DNA of 38,662 nt from an uncultured Nitrososphaerota archaeon (GTDB taxonomy: Archaea > Asgardarchaeota > Njordarchaeia > Njordarchaeales > Panguiarchaeaceae): assembly GCA_964628995.1 (NCBI GenBank), contig CAZVPA010000003.1, forward strand, positions 6,590-45,251, read 5' to 3'. Of the stretch, positions 24,965 to 35,100 are shown piece by piece (position 1 is the first letter of the stretch; each line of letters opens with the position of its first letter). The notes beneath the pieces were generated by a model. The model was not told the DNA's origin. It did not search any database and saw nothing but the letters and a program-made list of their open reading frames with translations. Position numbers and translations under genes: made by a program.

Positions 24965-25323
24965 CTAGGGTCACCAAGGGAAGAGTTTTCTGAGAATAGC
25001 CTAATACTAGATGTTTTTTCTTTCAGTTTTTTAAGTGTTCCAGAGCAATATAGGTCATTTATGAATAGAGAAGATCCATCCAGCTCCCTGGTGAATGCCA
25101 ATACTACCCTTAACTTATTTAGTTGGTCTTTTGGACAACAGAGTATCCCTATTCCTCTTCTTGTGTCATATACGACGAGTCTAAACTTAGGAGCACAGAA
25201 GGAGCCATAAAGCTCGTATGCTTTTTTTCGTAATATTCTGATAAGGCTATCCTTACTAGGTAGGCTATTCTTAGAGATTATCTCAAATAGTATCCATCTA
25301 TGTTTTTCACGGGTCAATATCAT
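24961..25323 (-). CDS. rnp2: RNase P protein component 2 (Pop5/Rpp14 family)
   Basis: REKHRWILFEI...LIRILRKKAYELYGSFCAPKFRLVVYDTRRGIGILCC...SGTLKKLKE matches the Pop5 pattern (R.K.RY..FE, G.G...K......G.I.RC, SGT). Confidence 0.75.
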   Translation of the reverse strand: MILTREKHRWILFEIISKNSLPSKDSLIRILRKKAYELYGSFCAPKFRLVVYDTRRGIGILCCPKDQLNKLRVVLAFTRELDGSSLFINDLYCSGTLKKLKEKTSSIRLFSENSSLGDPR

Positions 25324-25420
25324 CTAACCACAACACCGAGAGGGTATAGAAAAAAGACTATATATTCTACTTTAACATTACCATTTCATATTCTTTCTAT
25401 GCACACAAAGGTGAATAGAA

Positions 25421-26008
25421 TTGGCTGAGAGGCCCTTCGAGATAACATTCCTTGCCAGAGGAGGTCAGGGAGCATGGACCGCTAGTGTTCTTGTGGCTCA
25501 GGCGGCAGTCATAGCTGGAAAATATGCGCAGTCTTTTCCAGAATTTGGTCCAGAGCGTTCTGGAGCCCCAGTAAGGGCTTATGCGAGGATATGGGATCGG
25601 CCCATAGACATACATGCTGGAATAACAAAAGCGGATGTAGTTGCTGTAATCGATGGTACACTGGCGGATAGAGCAAAGGCATTGGTTAGGGAGGGAGGAA
25701 TTGTGATTGTGAATACCGTGAAAAGTCCGGCCGAACTAAGAAAAGAGCTGGGACTTCCTAGTTCAGTAAAGCTCTATACTGTAGATGGTACAAAGATTGC
25801 TCTCGAGACTCTCCGCAGGCCGATAGCCAATACGGCAATATTGGGTTCATTGATCCGTATACTGGAGAAGGAGGGAATAAAATATGTAAAATTAGATGAT
25901 CTACTGGAGGCTACAAGGCATGTTCTAGGGGAGAGATATTCAGAAAAAATTGTTGAGGCAAACATAGAGGCTGTTAGGAGGGCATATGAGGAGGTGAGGT
26001 TTGAATGA
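25421..26008 (+). CDS. porG: Pyruvate (2-oxoacid):ferredoxin oxidoreductase, gamma subunit
   Basis: EITFLARGGQGAWTASVLVAQAAVIAGKYAQSFPEFGPERSGAPVRAYARI is the typical gamma-subunit N-terminus. The start is TTG, preceded by AGGTGA. Confidence 0.9.
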   Translation: MAERPFEITFLARGGQGAWTASVLVAQAAVIAGKYAQSFPEFGPERSGAPVRAYARIWDRPIDIHAGITKADVVAVIDGTLADRAKALVREGGIVIVNTVKSPAELRKELGLPSSVKLYTVDGTKIALETLRRPIANTAILGSLIRILEKEGIKYVKLDDLLEATRHVLGERYSEKIVEANIEAVRRAYEEVRFE

Positions 26009-26307
26009 GTGGTGCGGAACTGAGATCATGGAGGGAGGTACCCATAGCAGGAGTCCCATGGTTAAGATCGACAGAGTATCATACTGGTGACTGGAGGTCC
26101 GAGAGGCCAATAATTGACCATGGCAAATGTGTAAAGTGTTTATTATGCTATATATACTGTCCAGAGACGGCCATAAAGGTTTTTTGGGATCCTAACAAAA
26201 CAAAGGTAGAGCGGGTAGATGTGGACTATACATACTGTAAGGGTTGTGGTATATGTGCGAATGAGTGCCCAGTCAAAGCAATCGAAATGGTTCTTGAGAA
26301 GAGGTGA
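26005..26307 (+). CDS. porD: Pyruvate:ferredoxin oxidoreductase, delta subunit (2x[4Fe-4S])
   Basis: Two ferredoxin-type cluster motifs are present: CVKCLLCYIYCP and CKGCGICANECP. There is an ATGA overlap with porG. Confidence 0.9.
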   Translation: MSGAELRSWREVPIAGVPWLRSTEYHTGDWRSERPIIDHGKCVKCLLCYIYCPETAIKVFWDPNKTKVERVDVDYTYCKGCGICANECPVKAIEMVLEKR

Positions 26308-27554
26308 TATGCATGGTGGCGGAGCAGGTTAATATGTTATTAAATGGAGATTTCGCAGTGGCATGGGCTTGGAAGCATGTTGAGCCTGATGTCGTAGCAG
26401 CATTTCCAATAACTCCACAAACTCTAATAGTAGAGAAATTCAGCGAATTTGTAGCTAATGGTGAAGTTAATACGGAATTCATTAATGTCGAGAGCGAGCA
26501 TAGCGCCATCTCGGCGGTCGTCGGGGCAGCAGCGGCGGGAGCTCGAGCGGCTACGGCGACAGCGGCTAATGGTCTGCAGCTAATGCATGAGATATTATCG
26601 ATAACATCATCATTGAGGCTCCCAGTGATGTTGGCCATTGTTAATCGTGCTGTTTCTGGACCCATTAACATTCATTGTGATTATACGGATGCTATGGGTC
26701 AAAGAGATATGGGATGGATAATGATATTTACGGAGGACGCTCAAGAGGCCTATGATACGACGATACAGGCATTTAAGATCGCTGAGAATGAGGAGGTATT
26801 GCTACCTATTATGGTATGTCTAGATGGATTTTTGGTCTCTCATACGGCGATGAATGTAAAGGTCTTTAAGGATGCTAAGGTTGTTAAAGAGTTTGTAGGT
26901 GAGCATAGGAGAGTACCAAAAATAAAAGTTATGGGTAAGGAAGTAGAGTTTTCACTTTCGCCTAAAAACCCAATTCCGTTAACCTTCGGGCCATTCGCAT
27001 ACTATGACTACTATTTCGAGTTCAAGAGGCAACAAGTAGAAGCTATGTCTAAGGTTCCAAAGATCATCGAGAGGGTAAACAAGGAATATGGGGAGATTAG
27101 TGGGAGGACGTATGGGAATGGACGTGTCGTACCTTGGAACATAGATGATGCTGATATTGTTGTCGTAGTAATGGGCAGTAGTGCTGGGACAATGCGATAT
27201 GTGGCAGAGAGATATCAAAAAGAAAAGAATGTGAAGATTGGGGTTCTAAGGGTGAGAGCATTCAGACCATTCCCATGGGAGGATCTACAGAAATTGCTGG
27301 CCGGGAAGGAGCTGGTGGCGATATTTGATAGGGCTCAAGATCAGGGCGCTCTTGGTGGCCCATTATTCCTAGAATCGCTGGCTGCACTCTACTATGCGAA
27401 GGATAAGCCAAGAATTGTGCTTAATTATGTATATGGATTAGGAGGCAGAGACCTACCGCCAGAGCTCATCGAAAAGACATTTAACGAGCTTGTTAGGATT
27501 AGGGACGGCAAAGAAAAACCATTCATAAAGAAGTATCTAGGTGTAAGGGAGTAG
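26304..27554 (+). CDS. porA: Pyruvate:ferredoxin oxidoreductase, alpha subunit
   Basis: LNGDFAVAWAWKHVEPDVVAAFPITPQT...ESEHSAISAVVGAAAAGARAATATAANGL is the typical alpha-subunit N-terminal domain. The start overlaps the porD stop. Confidence 0.9.
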   Translation: MICMVAEQVNMLLNGDFAVAWAWKHVEPDVVAAFPITPQTLIVEKFSEFVANGEVNTEFINVESEHSAISAVVGAAAAGARAATATAANGLQLMHEILSITSSLRLPVMLAIVNRAVSGPINIHCDYTDAMGQRDMGWIMIFTEDAQEAYDTTIQAFKIAENEEVLLPIMVCLDGFLVSHTAMNVKVFKDAKVVKEFVGEHRRVPKIKVMGKEVEFSLSPKNPIPLTFGPFAYYDYYFEFKRQQVEAMSKVPKIIERVNKEYGEISGRTYGNGRVVPWNIDDADIVVVVMGSSAGTMRYVAERYQKEKNVKIGVLRVRAFRPFPWEDLQKLLAGKELVAIFDRAQDQGALGGPLFLESLAALYYAKDKPRIVLNYVYGLGGRDLPPELIEKTFNELVRIRDGKEKPFIKKYLGVRE

Positions 27555-27556
27555 GG

Positions 27557-28537
27557 GTGAGAAATATGGGAGCATGGTCTCCAACATTGATTGAATTGGC
27601 TAAGAGACCTGATTTATTGCTCCCAGGGCATAGGTTATGTGCGGGCTGTGCGGCCCCTGTTATCGTTAAACTAGCATTGAAAGCATTACCTGACCCCAAG
27701 AATGTGGTAGTAGTTAATGCTACTGGATGCCTAGAGGTAGCAACAACAATATACCCGTATACCTCCTGGGGGGTACCCTGGATACACAACGCGTTTGAAA
27801 ACGCCGCGGCTACAGCTTCCGGTATTGAAGCAGCATTCAAGGCATTAAAGAGAAAGGGCCTATGGGAAGGCGATCCTCCCATGGTTCTCGTTTTCGGGGG
27901 TGACGGCGGAACATATGATATCGGTATTCAAGCCCTCAGTGGGGCTGTGGAGCGTGGACACAAATTTGTCTATATATTGTATGATAACGAGGCCTACATG
28001 AACACAGGTATACAAAGATGCTCATCAACACCAAAGTATGCCAGTACTACAACATCTCCCGCCGGAAAAATAATTCCAGGCAAACTCGAATGGAAAAAAC
28101 CCATAGGATTCATCATTGCGGCTCACCATAATGCCTACGTAGCAACAGCGAACCCGTATTTCTGGAGAGATTTTGTAATAAAGGTCAGGAAGGCGGCAGA
28201 ATTTGATGGACCTGCATTTATTCATGCAATATCGGTATGTCCGAGGGGCTGGAGGTTTGAGGGGAAGCTCACAATGACTATATCTAAGCTAGCGACGGAC
28301 ACATGTTTGCATCCATTGTGGGAATTCGATCCCGAGACGAGAGAGTACAGAATCACGGACAGATCTCTTTATATTGCCAAGAATCCGGACAAAAAGGTAC
28401 CGATTGAGGAATATCTCAAGCTTCAGGGTAGATTTAGACACCTATTCAAACCTAGGAGAGATGACCTTATCAAGGAGATCCAAGAGCGTGTAGACAAAGA
28501 ATGGAACTATCTTCTCAAGCTTGCGGGCTTTTCATAA
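27557..28537 (+). CDS. porB: Pyruvate:ferredoxin oxidoreductase, beta subunit (TPP-binding)
   Basis: CAGCAAP, the TPP motif GGDGGTYDIGIQALSGAVERGHKFVYILYDNEAYMNTG and CPRGW are present. ATG at 27566 is an alternative start. Confidence 0.9.
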   Translation: MRNMGAWSPTLIELAKRPDLLLPGHRLCAGCAAPVIVKLALKALPDPKNVVVVNATGCLEVATTIYPYTSWGVPWIHNAFENAAATASGIEAAFKALKRKGLWEGDPPMVLVFGGDGGTYDIGIQALSGAVERGHKFVYILYDNEAYMNTGIQRCSSTPKYASTTTSPAGKIIPGKLEWKKPIGFIIAAHHNAYVATANPYFWRDFVIKVRKAAEFDGPAFIHAISVCPRGWRFEGKLTMTISKLATDTCLHPLWEFDPETREYRITDRSLYIAKNPDKKVPIEEYLKLQGRFRHLFKPRRDDLIKEIQERVDKEWNYLLKLAGFS

Positions 28538-28558
28538 ATCTTACTATTTTTTTAGAGT

Positions 28559-28930
28559 ATGTTGGCCATCGTATTATTGTTGATAATTGTTGCATGGATT
28601 ATACATCCGATAATGAATAAGTTCTTTAGTGATTCATCATTTATTGCCATTACGATGCTCCATAGTGATGGTAGTATCGATTGGTCAACCGTGACAAGTA
28701 ATAGTAGGTCTGTGGAGTGGATGCATAGGGTTGCGGCAACATTTAGTGTTAGGAGTATTAAAAGTATTTCGTTTTGGAGGAACTCTGGGAAACATGTTAT
28801 TGTTGCTATCAATAATTGCATATTAGCGCCCATACATAGTAGTCGCATCTCCATGCGTGCGGCCATATTCACCACACATATATTCCATAATTATTGTTTC
28901 GGTTTGCTAATAAGCAAGTATAGTGGATGA
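28559..28930 (+). CDS. Questionable hypothetical ORF (N-terminal TM helix) ending in an ATGA overlap with rnz
   Basis: The 123-codon ORF has atypical composition for this window (few Lys/Glu). A 107-codon ORF lies fully antisense to it. The only positive evidence is its length in AT-rich DNA and the ATGA junction with the rnz start. Confidence 0.25.
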   Translation: MLAIVLLLIIVAWIIHPIMNKFFSDSSFIAITMLHSDGSIDWSTVTSNSRSVEWMHRVAATFSVRSIKSISFWRNSGKHVIVAINNCILAPIHSSRISMRAAIFTTHIFHNYCFGLLISKYSG

Positions 28931-29871
28931 AGTTGCCTCCACCAATAAAGGTATATTTTATAGGTACTGGTGGTACGACACCGTTCAGTCTGCGGAACAT
29001 GCCATGTATAGCGATGAAATATGAAAATTATCTCATACAATATGACTTTGGAGAGTACTGTCAGTATGGCCTCATAAAATATGGATTGCATCCCTTCCGT
29101 AGCAAGACATATATATTGATATCTCACTTCCATGTGGATCATGTAGGAGGGCTCCCTCCGTTTCTCCACACATATAGTCTTATTGAGTCAAAGGAGAAAA
29201 TTACTTTGGTGGGACCATCTGGATTAAGAGTATTTCTGGATAACATCCTAGGGATATTCGGACTTGAGGACCTAAGGAGACGGATTAATGTAGTTGAGGT
29301 ATATGTGCAACGCGGGGTATTAGAGCCGATAATAGATGAGAGATATTTCACTATATATGCGTTCCGGACGATACATGGAGTCCCAGCACTTGGATATGTC
29401 TTCAAGGAGAAACCCTACACAAGGCTATTAAAGGAGAAACTAAAGGAACTGCATATCCCACTAGGCCCCATTAGGAGAAGGCTTCTAAGGGGAGAGGACA
29501 TTATTGTTAATGGTCGCCTAATTAGAGCACAAGATGTTACTAAGATTGTTCCAGGAAGGAAAATAGTCTATACGGGTGACACGACCGTTTTTGAAGAATT
29601 GGGTGAGGTTATTAGGGATGCGGACTTATTAATCCATGAGGCAACATATCTAAAATCTGAGCACGAAAAATATGCGGAGGAGAGATACCACTCAACAGTT
29701 GAGGATGTATGTGAGATGGCCGTAAAAAGTGGAGTAAAACGTCTGGCGTTGGTACATATATCGCCTAGGTATAGCAAGAATATGGACAAAATAAGGGAGA
29801 TAGCTGAGTCAATAGTTGGGGGAAAAATAGAGGTATTGATACCAGAGGATGGAGATATTCTCATTCTCTAG
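28927..29871 (+). CDS. rnz: Ribonuclease Z (tRNA 3' endonuclease, metallo-beta-lactamase fold)
   Basis: FIGTGG, the HxHxDH motif ISHFHVDHVGG, TGDT and HEATY...H are present. It is 314 aa. Confidence 0.88.
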   Translation: MKLPPPIKVYFIGTGGTTPFSLRNMPCIAMKYENYLIQYDFGEYCQYGLIKYGLHPFRSKTYILISHFHVDHVGGLPPFLHTYSLIESKEKITLVGPSGLRVFLDNILGIFGLEDLRRRINVVEVYVQRGVLEPIIDERYFTIYAFRTIHGVPALGYVFKEKPYTRLLKEKLKELHIPLGPIRRRLLRGEDIIVNGRLIRAQDVTKIVPGRKIVYTGDTTVFEELGEVIRDADLLIHEATYLKSEHEKYAEERYHSTVEDVCEMAVKSGVKRLALVHISPRYSKNMDKIREIAESIVGGKIEVLIPEDGDILIL

Positions 29872-31072
29872 AGTTGGTATCGGGTTTTTCGGTATCGAAC
29901 TTCACTACTTTGATGTTTCCATCCTTATCTCTATAAGCAAGTAGGGACACGCCTGCAGATTTCAGTTTTTCTATGACACTATCACTCGGTTTTGTGTCGA
30001 TGATTATCCCATAGATCTGGCCATCCAGATGCATCACAATGGTTTCTAATAGGGATATATTGCTGGTGACTATATCCTCAAAGTTCTCATTGATGGCTAT
30101 GAATTTTTTGCTGCCTGCTATTTTGTCCAATTTGGCCTCCAGTATGAGTCCTATGTCCTCCTGTGAAAGCTCCTTAGGTTTCTCCAATTGGAGGAAGTAT
30201 TCCTCCACGATTTTCTCTAAGCGGTCAACGTCCAGCGATACTCCTTCGACGGGAATCCTATTATCCAGTGAGCGTTTGATTTCTTTATATGTGAGCTCCT
30301 CAACCTCCTTCCCACGGGGTGCAATGGCTATATAGTCAATATTTACGGCCTGTAGTAGTGATTTCAACAATAATAATCCTGCTCTATCACCGTCAACAAA
30401 TGCTGTTGTTGTCTTTTTCTCTGAAAGTTCAACAATGGTTTTTGGTATGGAGCCAGAACCGCCTATGGCAACAACATTATCAAACCCATACTTAATCAGA
30501 TTTATAACATCTGCTCGCCCCTCCACAATAATGATCTCGTCACTTTTTAGTACACCAACACCTGCTGGTAGGTTTTCTGGTCCAATGTTAACTATCTTGT
30601 TCTTCCTAGCTTTTTCTTTGATGAGCTTTGGGATTTTTTCGGGATGTATCTCGGTTCTCTCATAGCTATACCATCCCCCTAGGATCTCGCTAGCGCGCTC
30701 AATAATTCGTTTTCTTCTTTCCTCCAAGACGTTCTGTATATAGTCCAGTTTTGTTTCAGCAGTCGCTGGCCCAATCTTGTTTATTGTCTCAACAGCAGCC
30801 GCGAGTATGGAGGCCTCCACTTTGTTTAGGGAGCATGGAATCATGATCTCAGCAAAAGTTTTGCCCTCCCTATGTATTAGGTTTACCTCTATCCGTCCAA
30901 TACGCCCAGTATTCAGCAGATTCTGAGGATCAAGATCTGGGGGAAGTATTCCTTCAAGCTGCCCAAAAATTGCTCCAATTATGTCATTTTTCTCCACGAA
31001 ACCATTGATCTCCATTTTGAAGTATAGATTATACTTGACGAAATGTGGTTGCCTACCTGGCATAACAGTCAC
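29861..31072 (-). CDS. dnaG: Archaeal DnaG-type primase (Toprim domain; exosome-associated)
   Basis: The N-terminus is IIGAIFGQLEGILPPDLDPQNLLNTGRIGRIEV. The Toprim motifs are IIIVEGRADVINLIKYGFDNVVAIGG and FVDGDRAG. Confidence 0.88.
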   Translation of the reverse strand: MTVMPGRQPHFVKYNLYFKMEINGFVEKNDIIGAIFGQLEGILPPDLDPQNLLNTGRIGRIEVNLIHREGKTFAEIMIPCSLNKVEASILAAAVETINKIGPATAETKLDYIQNVLEERRKRIIERASEILGGWYSYERTEIHPEKIPKLIKEKARKNKIVNIGPENLPAGVGVLKSDEIIIVEGRADVINLIKYGFDNVVAIGGSGSIPKTIVELSEKKTTTAFVDGDRAGLLLLKSLLQAVNIDYIAIAPRGKEVEELTYKEIKRSLDNRIPVEGVSLDVDRLEKIVEEYFLQLEKPKELSQEDIGLILEAKLDKIAGSKKFIAINENFEDIVTSNISLLETIVMHLDGQIYGIIIDTKPSDSVIEKLKSAGVSLLAYRDKDGNIKVVKFDTEKPDTNSRE

Positions 31073-31111
31073 CTCACTCTGAAAATAGTGTTAGGTAACT
31101 AATAATATATG

Positions 31112-32065
31112 CTATTTTACATATGGAAGCAAACCTTTTTTCTCTAGAAAATTTAGGATTAGTTTTCCAACGCATACGTCTTCATGTATGAATGGATTAT
31201 CGACAGTATCAGTACATATGACATGATCTACACCTGCGTACATAAGTTTATCATATGCGTTCCCGAGGAATAATCCATGCGTAAAGAATGTGTATATCTT
31301 TCCTTGGAAACCATCTCGCCTTATTCTCCTAGCAACACCTGCTACTGTTCCCCCAGTCGCAATAATATCATCGATTATGATTATGGTGTCCCTGTTTTTC
31401 AATACATCTCTATAGGCGTCAGGGTCTTCAGGTTCGTGATGTAGTATCTTCCCAGTATGTGGGTCTCTCACTTTCATGAAAGATAGTGTGGTGGCATTAC
31501 ATTTTTCCCCGAGCTCTTTGATAAAGCCTTTTCTGCCAATATCAGGCGATATTATACAGATGTCTCTATCTGGAAGATTCTTCCTAATATAGCTACACCA
31601 GAGATCCGTAGACCTTATATTCACGAACCTATTATTTAGTTGATGATAGGCAGTCTCATTGTGGACATCAATTGTTATAATGATGTCTGCTCCCCTATCC
31701 AGAATCGTTCTGGCTATAATCTGAGCGGATATCGCCTCCCCAGGAAGGAATCTCTTGTCTTGTCTTGAATATGGCATATATGGTAGACAAAGATAGATTT
31801 TTCTGGCTCCTAAGTCCTTTAGTGTTTCAAGGATAAAGAGGGCTCTTATGATGTTTCTATCTTGCTCAGGGTATCCACGAATTATGACTAGGTAGTATCC
31901 TTCCGGGTCGATATCGTCTAGAAAACGAATATAGGTCTCCCCGTCGGGAAAGAATTTATGCTCCATTTTTAGTATAGTGAAACCATATTTGAGGAAGATA
32001 TCATACCTGAATGATCTGTAGAGGGGATCCTTAACAAGATAGAGCATTTTCCTCACGTAATACAA
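31112..32065 (-). CDS. prs: Ribose-phosphate pyrophosphokinase (PRPP synthetase)
   Basis: FFPDGETYIRF, PYMPYSRQDKRF and the PRPP-binding loop IIIIDDIIATGGT are present. Confidence 0.88.
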   Translation of the reverse strand: MYYVRKMLYLVKDPLYRSFRYDIFLKYGFTILKMEHKFFPDGETYIRFLDDIDPEGYYLVIIRGYPEQDRNIIRALFILETLKDLGARKIYLCLPYMPYSRQDKRFLPGEAISAQIIARTILDRGADIIITIDVHNETAYHQLNNRFVNIRSTDLWCSYIRKNLPDRDICIISPDIGRKGFIKELGEKCNATTLSFMKVRDPHTGKILHHEPEDPDAYRDVLKNRDTIIIIDDIIATGGTVAGVARRIRRDGFQGKIYTFFTHGLFLGNAYDKLMYAGVDHVICTDTVDNPFIHEDVCVGKLILNFLEKKGLLPYVK

Positions 32066-32128
32066 ATCGTGATATTTTGTTATTCATGGTTAAAGGGATG
32101 AAATCAACATAAATTTTGATGAGTAAAA

Positions 32129-35100
32129 ATGGGGGAGCTAGCGGTACCAGAAATAGAGATACCTGAGGACTTAAAGTGTTCAGGTGAATATAGACAATAC
32201 TTCAATGATCTAATAGAGAAGACCAAAAAAGCATACAAAATAGCACTATTAGCACGAAGTAAGGGATTAGACCCCGATATTAAACCGGAAGTATCCCTTG
32301 CTTATGATCTGGCATCGCGAGTAGAAGCAATGGTGGGGCCCAGAGGCATAGCTAAGAGAATACGGGAGCTCCAAAAAGAGGGAAAAGAACTCGAGGAAAT
32401 AGCAATAATAATAGCCAGGGAGATCGCTGAAGGTATATGGATGCCCGAGGAAGCAAACAAAGAGAAAATAGCCGAACAAGCTATAAGGACAGCCTTAGCT
32501 ATAGTCACGAATGGTGTCGTGGCCGCCCCTCTAGAAGGTATTGTGAAGGTCAAAATAAGACCGGAGGGGCATCTAGCCGTATATTATGCTGGACCTATAA
32601 GATCCGCGGGGGGTACAGAAACAGCGATGTCTATACTGATAGCCGATACGGTTCGTAGGGTACTTGGCTTAAAGAAGTATGTACCAACGGAGGGAGAAAT
32701 AAACAGGATGATTGAGGAGGTTTTTCTATACAAGCGATATAAAAACCTGCAGTATCCACCGAATAGGGAGAAGATAATATTCGCTATGGAACATATTCCC
32801 GTTGAAATAAATGGTGAGGGCACAGATAAGGAAGTACAGATGTACCGTAGGGTTAGGCATGTCGACACACCCAAGATACGGGGAGGGGCTGTTCTGGTTA
32901 TAAATGATGGTTTTATAGCCAAGGCAAAGAAACTACTCAAGATTATCCGTAGGCTAAATATTGATGGTTGGGATTGGCTTGAAGAGCTCAGCAAGATTGG
33001 TGAACAAAAGAGCAACGAGAATGAAGAGGAAAATATGAAAAAAGCAGAAAAGATAGCGCCAAATAGATCCTACATGAAGGATGTCGTTGTCGGGAGGCCC
33101 ATATTTTCATCTCCAATGCATAGTGGAGGGTTCAGGCTGAGATATGGTAGATCCAGAAATACGGGACTGGCGGCAGTAGGGATACATCCAGCAACAATGC
33201 ATCTTCTGGATGATTTTCCCGCAATAGGTACGCAGATAAAGCCAGAGCGTCCAGGGAAGGGAGCGATTGTATTGCCAGTAGACACAATAGAACCACCTAT
33301 CGTTAGGCTTAAGAATGGATCGGTAATAAGAGTAGAGACACCAGAATTGGCCATGAGGATAAGGAGTGATATAGATAAGATTCTATTTTTAGGTGATATG
33401 CTTGTCGCTGTAGGAGAATTCCTCGAGAATAACCATATAATACTTCCATCCCCCATAGTAGAAGAATGGTGGATACAAGAACTGAAGGAGGCTATAGAGG
33501 GACGGCTGGGGGGTGCAGATATTCGGGAGATGGTCGATAAGTGTTTGGGTGATCCAGAATTTATGATTAATCTTTGCGAAAAACTTGGGATTCCTTGGCA
33601 CCCAAGGTATACATATTACTGGAAGAATGTTTCAGCAAAGGAGGCCGTGAGGTTATCTGAGTATATACTAAAAACTAATTCAGATGGTGTGCTTCCTTGG
33701 GAGGGAGACATAAAGGAGATACTGGAAAAACTCCTAGTTCCTCATCAGGTAAAGGGGGACAAAATAGTACTCCAGAAGGAGGATATGTTGGTCCTAAAAA
33801 AAGTTAGTGAGTATATTGAGAAGACCAATCTTGATAAGGAAAAATTGGAGGAGATAAATGGTCTTGACCTTCTCAGGAGTTTGGGTCTCAGAATATATGA
33901 TAGGTATACAATCTTTATTGGTGCGAGGATGGGGAGGCCGGAGAAAGCAAAAGAACGACAGATGAAGCCAGCGGTTCATGTTCTCTTTCCGATGGGAGAG
34001 GCGGGGAAACAGACAAGATCTATAATGAGAATGCTGGAAAAAAAGAAGAAGTTCGAGATAGAAGCAACAAGTAGATACTGTAGGAAGTGTAAGATATTTA
34101 CATATCGAATGTTATGCCCAAAATGTGGGGGTAGAACAACTTTGGTTTATATGTGTGCAAATAAGACCTGTGGCTATTTCTCAGAGAGAAAGATAGATAA
34201 ATGTCCTAGGTGTGGAGGATCAAAAATCGTAACATATAGACGATATGTTGTTGACTTTCGTGAACTACTCAAGGAGGTAGAGAAGAAATACGGCGTCTCT
34301 CCTCCACAAGACCTCAAATGTGTTATTGGCCTAATATCCAAAAACAAAGTACCAGAAGAAATAGTTAAGGGTGTTTTGAGAGCAAAATATGGGTTATGGG
34401 TCTTTAGGGATGGAACAATAAGATTTGATGCGACAAATGCCCCCCTTACACACTTCAAACCAGCAGAGATTGGTGTCTCCATTAGTAAGCTACGGGAACT
34501 CGGCTACACGCGTGATATTCAGGGCAGGCCGTTGAAACATCCTGATCAAATAGTCGAGCTGAAGGTACAAGACATCATTATTAGTGAGAATGGGGCAGAA
34601 TATCTGGTTAAAGTTGCTAACTTCATCGATGAACTCCTTGTCAAGGTATATGGAATGAAGCCTTACTATAATGTCAGATCAAAAGATGATCTTATAGGCA
34701 AACTTGTGATAGGCCTTGCCCCTCATACATCCGCTGGAATTATAGGGAGAATTATCGGTTTCACTAAAGCGAGATGTACATATGCCCATCCATATTGGCA
34801 TGCAGCAAAAAGGAGGAATTGCGATGGGGATGAAGACGCCATTATGTTGCTTCTGGACGCATTACTAAATTTTTCAAGAGAGTATCTCCCTAAGAGTAGA
34901 GGGGGCCAGATGGATGCACCACTTATAGTCACGGTTATTCTGAATCCATTGGAGGTAGATTCGGAGGTATATAATATGGATACAACGGACAGGCTGCCCC
35001 TAGAGTTCTATAGGAAATCTCTAGAATATCCTGAACCAAGAGAGATTGAGGACATTATTCCAAATGTCGAAAAGAGACTTGGAAAACCCGAGCAGTTTGA

